A stretch of 45,626 bases of DNA. Source: an uncultured Candidatus Saccharibacteria bacterium. GTDB taxonomy: Bacteria > Patescibacteriota > Minisyncoccia > Phycocordibacterales > UBA5272. The DNA lies in contig CAYGDF010000002.1 in NCBI GenBank assembly GCA_964348675.1, forward strand, positions 1 to 45,626. Reading direction: 5' to 3'. The translations under genes were made by a program, and so were the position numbers. The notes under the pieces are model-generated. The model was not told the origin of the DNA. It did not search any database and saw only the letters and a list, made by a program, of their open reading frames with translations. Below are positions 28,841-35,906 of this stretch, piece after piece; position 1 is the stretch's first letter; each line of letters starts with the position of its first letter.

Positions 28841-28923
28841 TGCCCAGGGCGGGACTCGAACCCGCACGCTGTAACCAGCTGAGGATTTTAAGTCCTCTAT
28901 GTCTACCATTCCATCACCCGGGC
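28841..28923 (-). tRNA. tRNA-Leu (TAA).
   Basis: Reverse complement gcccgggtgatggaatggtagac..ggacttaaaatcc..long variable arm..gcgggttcgagtcccgc cctgggc a. Confidence 0.9.
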
Positions 28924-28954
28924 AAATAATAACAAAGTCTATTCTAACACAGTT

Positions 28955-29581
28955 CTAATTTTTCCTCCTCCCTACAACCAAATAAAGGATAGTCGCGAAT
29001 AATCCACCGGACGTATCCATGAGTATGTCTTTTTGTGCATCCCAAATATCACCCTGTGACCCAAGCACCGCAAGACCCGCCTCTGGGTCTCCACTTATTG
29101 CATAGCGCCATTCAAATAACTCATAAAAGGCAGCTATGGCTGGTATTATCATAAACGCAGAAAAATATGCATACCATTTCTTATTCACGACTTTATATTT
29201 TAAGAGCGCCTCTATAAGAGGGTATGCATATAATCCGACGGTGGCATGCGCTACACGGTCGTACATATTTCTTTCGAAGCCGAAAAAGTTGTTAAACCAA
29301 TCAAACGGCACCAACGCAAATGTGTAATGTCCTCCCCATGTGTGCATGAATATAAGGATACTCATCAAGAGGTAGGAAATATTAGAAAACCTCACCTTCT
29401 TGTAATACAAGATTATAAGTATCAAAACTATTGGGATGATGGTAAGGTTTTCTATACGCCACGCATCTCTGTCATAAGGCGATATTGCCAGTAAAGAAAA
29501 TTCCACTATATAAACTAAAAGTAGTGCGTGAGGAAAATATTTTTGTATTACTTGCATATATTTAGTATAGCAAGTAAACAT
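28955..29581 (-). CDS. DUF2238 (YjdF-like) inner membrane protein.
   Basis: Multi-TM protein with 'HTWGGHYTFALVPFDWF...FERNMYDRVAH'. The real start may be the internal ATG at 29557. Confidence 0.7.
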   Translation of the reverse strand: MFTCYTKYMQVIQKYFPHALLLVYIVEFSLLAISPYDRDAWRIENLTIIPIVLILIILYYKKVRFSNISYLLMSILIFMHTWGGHYTFALVPFDWFNNFFGFERNMYDRVAHATVGLYAYPLIEALLKYKVVNKKWYAYFSAFMIIPAIAAFYELFEWRYAISGDPEAGLAVLGSQGDIWDAQKDILMDTSGGLFATILYLVVGRRKN

Positions 29582-29588
29582 TTATTCG

Positions 29589-29727
29589 TGAGACGCAGGC
29601 GGGAGTCGGTCACAAAGTCTAGTTTCGCGAGTACGCGAAACAGAAGACTTCGCGACCCCTATTCGACACCCGACAGAAATGAAGCAGTTCATTTCTTCCT
29701 GCGTCTTAAAAAACGCTTCGCTTATTT
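29589..29727 (-). other. Structured element B, downstream of tRNA-Cys. It ends in a 20-nt exact copy of the tRNA 3' end.
   Basis: 29589-29608 is identical to 29728-29747 (tgagacgcaggcgggagtcg). It shares ggtcacaaa and ttcgcgacccctattc (29649-29664) with element A and has covarying stems. Confidence 0.7.
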
Positions 29728-29729
29728 TG

Positions 29730-29803
29730 AGACGCAGGCGGGAGTCGAACCCGCGAATGGTGGTTTTGCAAACCACAGCGTTAGGCCACTTCGCCACTGC
29801 GTC
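29730..29803 (-). tRNA. tRNA-Cys (GCA).
   Basis: Reverse complement gacgcag tg gcgaagtggc..ggtttgcaaaacc..gcgggttcgactcccgc ctgcgtc t. U73 is the discriminator expected for Cys. Confidence 0.9.
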
Positions 29804-29902
29804 TTATCTTTTTCTTTCAAAAAGTTTTTCTATTTTAGCACATTTAACTAAACTACTCTAGAAAAATTTCTCGTGGCGTGGTATAGTATCCTCCACATAA
29901 AT

Positions 29903-29975
29903 GCCCCTATAGCTCAGCTGGTAGAGCATCGGACTCTTAATCCGCAGGTCGTAGGTTCGATCCCTACTGGGGGCA
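29903..29975 (+). tRNA. tRNA-Lys (CTT).
   Basis: gcccctatagctcagctggtagagc..ggactcttaatccg..gtaggttcgatccctac tgggggc a. Confidence 0.9.
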
Positions 29976-29978
29976 CAA

Positions 29979-30653
29979 TTAAAAAGTTTCAGGGATTTCT
30001 GCTTGGAATGTAAACCCCTTTTCTCCCACCTTAAATATAAGACCACAGGCGTGTAACATTATACGCTCCCCGACCATTTTACTTCCGTATGCCCTGTCGC
30101 CGATTATTGGGTGACCGATGTATGCCATGTGGGCACGCAACTGGTGTGTACGACCAGTCTTTGGAGTTAATTCTAAAAGAGTAAAGTTGTCTCCTTTTTC
30201 TAAAACTTTAACCTCAGTTATTGCTTCGCGCAATTCCCCTCGTGGATTTGTAGGATTAACTGTTTGTTTATAATCTTTTTTATTTCTCCCAAGTGGTGCA
30301 TCAATAGTAAAGATGTTTTCAGCCACGTCACCTTCAACTTTCGCTAAATAAACTTTTTTAATCGTGTGATTCGTAAACTGGTTTTTCAGATCATCAAATA
30401 CCTTTTTGTTTTTTGCGATAACCATTACCCCAGAAGTATCTCTGTCTAATTTATGGACAACTCCCCCTAAATTAATAGTTCTACCATCCTGAAGTTTAAT
30501 TTCGTTTGTAATAGAAAAAATTTCTGGGACATGCCCGACTAAAAAATCCAAAAGAGTTTCTTCGGTGGAGTTATCAAATGGGTGAACAACCACGCCTGAC
30601 GGCTTGTCTATAACTAGAATATTTTTATCCTCGAATATGACAGGGATAATCAT
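29979..30653 (-). CDS. RluA-family pseudouridine synthase.
   Basis: 'VHKLDRDTSGVMVIAKN' (catalytic Asp motif) and 'HQLRAHMAYIGHPIIGDRAYG'. Confidence 0.85.
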   Translation of the reverse strand: MIIPVIFEDKNILVIDKPSGVVVHPFDNSTEETLLDFLVGHVPEIFSITNEIKLQDGRTINLGGVVHKLDRDTSGVMVIAKNKKVFDDLKNQFTNHTIKKVYLAKVEGDVAENIFTIDAPLGRNKKDYKQTVNPTNPRGELREAITEVKVLEKGDNFTLLELTPKTGRTHQLRAHMAYIGHPIIGDRAYGSKMVGERIMLHACGLIFKVGEKGFTFQAEIPETF

Positions 30654-30807
30654 GGTGCACGCTATTATACTGCACTTGAACTTTTCGCGGTACTGTCTGA
30701 GGAGGTAAGTGGCTTTCAGGAATGGAACCATATAATGTCTGAGTTTATCAGCTCTGAGAGGAAAAAGGCAGTATTAGAGGTAGTTTTTTGATAAACTAGG
30801 AGAGTAT

Positions 30808-30924
30808 ATGAAAAAGGACAACCTCACAGATGTAGTACAAGCCTTGCCAAACGTTCCAGTAGCACCACCACAGCAACAAGTTGTTGCAAATAACGGTGAT
30901 GTTATCACTCTAGGTAACAAATAG
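30808..30924 (+). CDS. Small ORF (38 aa), hypothetical.
   Basis: Good RBS aggaga 5 nt before the ATG. Sequence MKKDNLTDVVQALPNVPVAPPQQQVVANNGDVITLGNK. It falls below the ORF-track cutoff. Confidence 0.35.
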   Translation: MKKDNLTDVVQALPNVPVAPPQQQVVANNGDVITLGNK

Positions 30925-30996
30925 TCGTGGCTTTTTAATAGGGGTAAATGTATTGAACTTATTTATATAAGGGAGTTTTATTTGTATACTTAGATA

Positions 30997-31446
30997 GTGA
31001 AAGGAATACCAACAAATACCAAAAGAACTCAAAAACCTTATCGTAAGGAAGTATTTGAAAGTTATCTAATCTGGCGCTCTGTACAAGGCTTTATGGGCCA
31101 AACAAAAGCACAAGAAGTGGTCCGAAAAGCTGGTGGTAGTAATGTGCAGTTATTTTCTATACGTAACCAAACAGAGTTCGCAAAAACGTACAGTGTAGAG
31201 AACTCCACTTTAACGAATTGGAACAAGTTGATTGATAGAGAAGATCTACTTAAAGACGTTTTGATGCCAGCTAAGAGATTAACTAGGAATGTTATCTTTT
31301 CTTTATATAGAAACATACTTGCAAATGGACGTGCAAATGAAGTTCGCTTATGGCTTCAACTCGTAGAAAGCTGGAACTATACAGGTAGTAGGTACCGAGA
31401 GAAAACACCTACGACAGTGGCCAAAATCACTTACGCTACAACGTAA
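30997..31446 (+). CDS. HTH-containing DNA-binding protein (phage/terminase-small-subunit-like or regulator), GTG start.
   Basis: 'NQTEFAKTYSVENSTLTNW' is a helix-turn-helix-like segment. The protein is basic and its context is a mobile island. Confidence 0.45.
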   Translation: MKGIPTNTKRTQKPYRKEVFESYLIWRSVQGFMGQTKAQEVVRKAGGSNVQLFSIRNQTEFAKTYSVENSTLTNWNKLIDREDLLKDVLMPAKRLTRNVIFSLYRNILANGRANEVRLWLQLVESWNYTGSRYREKTPTTVAKITYATT

Positions 31447-31455
31447 AAAGACCTA

Positions 31456-31483
31456 TTGACTTTTATTAAAAATATGCTATAAT
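31456..31483 (+). promoter_or_regulatory. Near-consensus sigma70-type promoter (TTGACT, 16-nt spacer, TGcTATAAT) driving GC-rich cassette 4.
   Basis: ttgact at 31456-31461 and an extended -10 tgctataat at 31475-31483. Confidence 0.65.
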
Positions 31484-31530
31484 TATATATGGAACAATCC
31501 CCACAACCCTCTTTCACAAAGGAAGAAACG

Positions 31531-31989
31531 ATGTTTACCAAAATTGACCGCAAGTCCCCCGAAATCCTGTCGGCTTTGGCCACGGCCCAAGTCTTCAAGA
31601 AGCAGGGCCAGGTGCAAGGCCGTCCGGCAGTCGTCGGCGAGAAAATCGCCACGGTCCTCGCCAGCGGCGCAACCGAAACCACCAACACGGCCAAGGAAGG
31701 CGACTGGGTGATGACCAACCCCTCTGGGGAACAGTACATCATCGCTGAAGCCAAGTTCCTCGGCCGGTACGAAGCCACGGAAACCCCGGGCGTCTACCAG
31801 GCCAAGGGGTACTGCCGCGCGATCCCGAACCCGTTCGGCAAGCCGGTGGAGATCCTCGCCTCGTGGGGTGAACCCCAGACCGGCGACGAGAACTGCCTGT
31901 TCGCGGATGTGTGCGACGCCGACGGCAACAATATGGGCGGGGAACCGTACATCATCGAAGCCAAAGCGTTCGCCGAAACCTACAAGTAA
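31531..31989 (+). CDS. Hypothetical protein on GC-rich cassette 4, nested inside the mobile island.
   Basis: RBS aaggaag upstream of the ATG, strong GC3 bias in this frame, and a terminator at 32010-32037 (ccaccga-tgctttg-tcggtgg-tttt). Confidence 0.7.
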   Translation: MFTKIDRKSPEILSALATAQVFKKQGQVQGRPAVVGEKIATVLASGATETTNTAKEGDWVMTNPSGEQYIIAEAKFLGRYEATETPGVYQAKGYCRAIPNPFGKPVEILASWGEPQTGDENCLFADVCDADGNNMGGEPYIIEAKAFAETYK

Positions 31990-32270
31990 GCGACGCACCA
32001 CCACCGAGAAAGCCACCGATGCTTTGTCGGTGGTTTTCATTTCAAGATAACTATATTAAGTATGTTAAAATATATGAACAATTAAATATTGGGACCTAAC
32101 CCCTTCGTAAGAAGGATATGGTCTAAAATCCGTCCAAAGTAAAGATCTCCTAGTCAGAGGCTACTTTGGACGGTTATGCTCGGAAACGGGTATAGGCACT
32201 CCCTACGGGGTTTGCCGGCGCTGGCTAGGAGTTTTTTGCTACCTGGCTATTATTAAATAAAACCGTCCAA

Positions 32271-32699
32271 ATGAGTAAGAAATTAAAAGTTCTATTAGGG
32301 GTCTTAGCGTTTTCTCTTTTTATAGTATTTATTAGTGGAGGGTTTAGCCCTTCAACTAACACAAGTGCGGATGTCGCATCTGGTCCTGCTACACCCGTAG
32401 TAGAAAAGTTGAATGTTGGGGAAGAGGGTTACGTTTCTGTGGGGACCTCCACAACTAAAGTAGTTTTAATGGGAGGCACAAAAGAAGATTATGAGGAAAT
32501 GTTTAAGCTTATTATAGCTAGGGACGATCTTGGTGTTTCTAAAATGGTTCTAGACGGAAGAGTATTAATGGTAGAACCTGGCACCAAGGTAAAGGTTATA
32601 GGCACAAAAATTGGCTCTAGAGAGGTCCGAATTATGTCTGGTAAGTATCTTAGTCAATCAGGTTGGGTGCCTAATGAAATGGTCCATCGGACCCCTTAA
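32271..32699 (+). CDS. Hypothetical secreted or membrane-anchored protein.
   Basis: N-terminal signal/TM segment 'KVLLGVLAFSLFIVFISGG'. I recognise no family. Confidence 0.6.
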   Translation: MSKKLKVLLGVLAFSLFIVFISGGFSPSTNTSADVASGPATPVVEKLNVGEEGYVSVGTSTTKVVLMGGTKEDYEEMFKLIIARDDLGVSKMVLDGRVLMVEPGTKVKVIGTKIGSREVRIMSGKYLSQSGWVPNEMVHRTP

Positions 32700-32702
32700 A
32701 CG

Positions 32703-32711
32703 TGGTATAAT
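32703..32711 (+). promoter_or_regulatory. Extended -10 element (TGgTATAAT) upstream of the TIR-like/caspase-like gene pair.
   Basis: tggtataat lies immediately after the stop of the preceding gene. Confidence 0.45.
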
Positions 32712-32746
32712 AGAGGTAGATTATCAACCTAATAACCGTCCATTTT

Positions 32747-33157
32747 ATGAATGAACCAAGAACGTTCATCAGTTTTGATTTTGATCATAACGAGAACGAA
32801 AAGATATTGTTTGCTGGGCAAGCTAAACACTCTAAAACACCTTTTAATATTAGTGACTGGTCCTCAAAGTCTCACCTGCCTCAATCTCAATGGGAAGCAC
32901 TTATTGAGGATAAAATTAGTAAGTGCCATCTTCTGATTGTGCTTGTTGGAAAGTCTATGGGATCTGCTGGTGGTGTTGCTAAAGAGATTGCATTTGCACG
33001 TAAGCACAATGTGCCGTTTTTTGGGGTGTATGTTGATGGTGCAAGCAGTTCTTACACCCTTCCTACGGGGTTAGCAAGTAACAGAGTTATTTCTTGGGGG
33101 TGGGATGATATTGCTTCTGCAATAAAGCAAATGATGGGAGAAGGTAAAAATAAATAA
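32747..33157 (+). CDS. TIR-like domain protein (DUF1863 / ThsB-like).
   Basis: 'TFISFDFDHNENEKILF', 'CHLLIVLVGKS' and 'GVAKEIAFARKHNVPFFGVYV' (candidate catalytic Glu80). It is a 136-aa single-domain protein. Confidence 0.65.
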   Translation: MNEPRTFISFDFDHNENEKILFAGQAKHSKTPFNISDWSSKSHLPQSQWEALIEDKISKCHLLIVLVGKSMGSAGGVAKEIAFARKHNVPFFGVYVDGASSSYTLPTGLASNRVISWGWDDIASAIKQMMGEGKNK

Positions 33158-33159
33158 AT

Positions 33160-34101
33160 ATGAAGAAAGCTCTAGCGATAGGTATTGATAACTACCCCAC
33201 TTCACCCTTAACGGGGTGCGCTAATGACGCTTCTTCATTTGCCGCAATTATAGAAAGTAACGGAGATGGATCTCCAAACTTTGATATTGTGGTACAGAAT
33301 AATGTTGCCACTAAAGCGGAACTAAAGAAAGCCATTGTAGAGCTCTTCAGTGGAGATAACGATACCGCTATCTTTTATTTTTCAGGACACGGCACTATGA
33401 ATGGCTTAGGTGGATATATCGTTACGCCAGACGCCCAACAATATGATGAAGGGGTTTCAATGGATGAAATTCTAGTTATTGCAAATAAGTCTAAAACAAA
33501 AAACAAGATCATAATTTTAGATTGTTGTTATTCAGGCGCTATGGGTTCACCTGAATTCTTAGGAGGATCTACTTCACAAATAAATGAAGGTCTTGTTATT
33601 CTTACTGCTTCCAAGAAAGACGAACTTGCCACTATGTCTAACGGGCGAAGCCTATTCACAGATCTTCTTCTAGATGGTCTACAGGGTGGCGCCGCTGATC
33701 TTATGGGGAGCGTAACACCTGGTAGTTTATACGCATACATTGATCAAGCGCTTGGTGCGTGGGAGCAAAGACCTGTTTTCAAAACTAACGTTACAAATTT
33801 TACTGCATTAAGAGTAGTTTCGGCAAAAGTGCCGATAGCAAATTTAAGGAAACTAACTACCTACTTTCCTAATCCTACAGATGTATATCAACTTGATCCC
33901 AGTTATGAGTTTACAAATACGGGTGTTGCTATTGATGCAAACGTGGCTATTTTCAAAGATCTTCAAAAGTTTCAGAGTGTAAATCTTGTTGTGCCAGTTG
34001 ATGCAGAATTTATGTATTTCGCTGCCCAGAATTCCAAATCTTGTAAGCTAACAGCTTTAGGGGCGCATTACTGGAGGTTAGTTAAGAATAAGCGCATTTA
34101 G
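33160..34101 (+). CDS. Caspase-like (peptidase C14 / metacaspase-fold) protease with an uncharacterised C-terminal domain.
   Basis: 'AIFYFSGHG' (His77) and 'IIILDCCYSGAMG' (Cys122/123) form the catalytic dyad. The ATG is 2 nt after the TIR-like stop. Confidence 0.8.
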   Translation: MKKALAIGIDNYPTSPLTGCANDASSFAAIIESNGDGSPNFDIVVQNNVATKAELKKAIVELFSGDNDTAIFYFSGHGTMNGLGGYIVTPDAQQYDEGVSMDEILVIANKSKTKNKIIILDCCYSGAMGSPEFLGGSTSQINEGLVILTASKKDELATMSNGRSLFTDLLLDGLQGGAADLMGSVTPGSLYAYIDQALGAWEQRPVFKTNVTNFTALRVVSAKVPIANLRKLTTYFPNPTDVYQLDPSYEFTNTGVAIDANVAIFKDLQKFQSVNLVVPVDAEFMYFAAQNSKSCKLTALGAHYWRLVKNKRI

Positions 34102-34107
34102 TATGTT

Positions 34108-35745
34108 ATGGCCTCTCCTACGTCACCAGAGGAACTCCTAGAGCTCCTAAAATCGGCCCAGAATGAAAAAGATGCTTATACCCCTGAAAAGTATAAGTAT
34201 GTAATTTATGTTCGTAAATCAACAGATGAAACCGGAAAGCAAATCCGGTCTATTGATGACCAGATAGCTGAGTGTAAGGATTTTGCAGAAAGGAATGACT
34301 TAAAGTTTATAGACATAATTGCTGAAGCAGAAAGCGCAAAGGAGCCAGGAATACGTCCTAAGTTTGCAAAAATGCTTCAAGAAATAAATACAGGTAAATA
34401 CCAAGGTATTATAGCTTGGCACCCGGATAGACTTGCTCGCAATATGAAAGAAGCTGGGGAAGTAATAGACCTTGTAGATAAAGATATAATTAAGGATCTA
34501 AAGTTTGTTAGTTTCACTTTTAATAATGATCCAAGTGGAAAACTTTTGCTTGGTATCACTTTTGCTCTATCAAAAGAATATTCTGACAAGTTAAGCATAA
34601 ATGTTAAAAGAGGTAATCGGCAAAGTATCGGTGAAGGCAAGTATGTAAACAAATCTAAACACGGATATATAAAGGATGTAAATGGTTACCTAAGACCTGA
34701 TGAAAATAATTTTGTATTACTGAAAACTGCTTTTCAAATGAGGTTAAAAGGCTCAACATTAGAGCAACTATCTGATTTTCTTATCTCTAACAGCTATTTT
34801 CATCGGAATACTGTGGACGCAAGTAAGTATTACAAGATGAACAAAGCAAAAATGCAGGTAATTCTTAAAGATCCTGTATATACAGGAGTTTTACAATATG
34901 GAGAAAATGTAGTGAACCTTATGGACCATTATGATTTTATTCCGATGGTTACCGTTAATGAGTTTATGCAGATAAATAACCTTTCGGCCAATAGCCAGTT
35001 AATTAAGTTGGCAAAGAGTTATAAGAAAGGTGAAGATGTTAAGGCTAATCTCTTACGGGACGCGGTAATTTGTGGGGAATGCAACGAACCAATGACAGCC
35101 GGTATTACGAATAAAAAGAACAAGAATACTGGCAAGATCACCAGATACTTCTATTACAGATGTGATACCGAAGATTGTATTAGGGAAGGTAAATCAGTGA
35201 GAGCAAAGGTTATAGTTAGTTATGTCTTAAATCTACTAAAGAAAAAACCTTTTTCTTCTGTGGAAAGCTATGACCACTACAAGGAGGAAATCAAGAAAGT
35301 AAACAAGGAACGTATTGTAACAGCTAAGCATAAGCTTCTTTCTCTTCAAACAGAAAGAGGAAAGGCTAATGAGAGAATTGAGAAAATTAAGGATGTTTTT
35401 CTAGATAGAGAAATAGGAGATGAGATGAAAAGGCATTACTCGGGTGATATAGAAAAGATAGAAAAGAGGTTAGTTGAAATTGAGGAAGAAGAAAAGAAAA
35501 CACGAAAAATCTATGAGAATGACAAGGAAAGTATCTTAACTCAAGAAAAGTTCCTTGAACTTATGGATAATACCCATACAATACTAGCTTCTATCAAGAA
35601 TATGGCTGAATTAGACTTTTACTTGAGAAAGTTCTTCTTGAACTTTACTATAAAAGACGAAATAGTATATAAATCAACGTTTAATAAACCTTTTGACCGC
35701 CTTGCGGACCAAAAAGTATTGAATGGTGCCCGGGAAAGGACTTGA
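34108..35745 (+). CDS. Large serine recombinase (resolvase domain, recombinase domain, zinc ribbon and coiled coil).
   Basis: 'YVIYVRKSTDETGKQ..SIDDQ' catalytic Ser region, 'AWHPDRLARN', and 'CGECNEPM...YYRCDTEDC'. Its 3' end overlaps tRNA-Leu(TAG). Confidence 0.85.
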   Translation: MASPTSPEELLELLKSAQNEKDAYTPEKYKYVIYVRKSTDETGKQIRSIDDQIAECKDFAERNDLKFIDIIAEAESAKEPGIRPKFAKMLQEINTGKYQGIIAWHPDRLARNMKEAGEVIDLVDKDIIKDLKFVSFTFNNDPSGKLLLGITFALSKEYSDKLSINVKRGNRQSIGEGKYVNKSKHGYIKDVNGYLRPDENNFVLLKTAFQMRLKGSTLEQLSDFLISNSYFHRNTVDASKYYKMNKAKMQVILKDPVYTGVLQYGENVVNLMDHYDFIPMVTVNEFMQINNLSANSQLIKLAKSYKKGEDVKANLLRDAVICGECNEPMTAGITNKKNKNTGKITRYFYYRCDTEDCIREGKSVRAKVIVSYVLNLLKKKPFSSVESYDHYKEEIKKVNKERIVTAKHKLLSLQTERGKANERIEKIKDVFLDREIGDEMKRHYSGDIEKIEKRLVEIEEEEKKTRKIYENDKESILTQEKFLELMDNTHTILASIKNMAELDFYLRKFFLNFTIKDEIVYKSTFNKPFDRLADQKVLNGARERT

Positions 35746-35808
35746 ACCTTCATGAGTTGCCTCGCTTGCTCCTAAGGCAAGTGCGTCTACCAATTTCGCC
35801 ACCCGGGC
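35724..35808 (-). tRNA. tRNA-Leu (TAG), with CCA encoded.
   Basis: Reverse complement gcccgggtggcgaaattggtagacgc a cttgc cttagga gcaag ..variable arm.. gaaggttcaagtccttt cccgggc a cca. Confidence 0.9.
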
Positions 35809-35858
35809 ATATTTAATTAATTAACAGTTTGATGATTATACATTAAAATCATATTTTT

Positions 35859-35895
35859 GAAAACAAAATGGACTGGTCTCACGCGACCAGTCCAT
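35859..35895 (-). terminator. Rho-independent terminator of the cassette-5 membrane-protein gene.
   Basis: Minus strand reads atggactggtc-gcgtga-gaccagtccat followed by tttgttttc. Confidence 0.75.
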
Positions 35896-35906
35896 AACCC
35901 ACGTTC

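Larger units (their letters stand above)
30740..35745 (+). mobile_element. Putative integrated element / accessory island next to tRNA-Leu(TAG), with a large serine recombinase at its right end. The left boundary is uncertain.
   Basis: The recombinase ORF overlaps the tRNA 3' end by 22 nt. The cargo is non-housekeeping: a small ORF, an HTH protein, a GC-rich cassette, a lipoprotein-like protein, and TIR-like and caspase-like genes. Confidence 0.6.

Noticed and set aside
28658-30046. ORF-track ORFs 28658-28882, 29528-29851, 29582-29797, 29679-29861 and 29858-30046.
   Set aside because: They run across tRNA-Leu, tRNA-Cys, tRNA-Lys and the tRNA-linked structured elements. Their apparent coding capacity is a by-product of stop-poor, GC-rich RNA genes.
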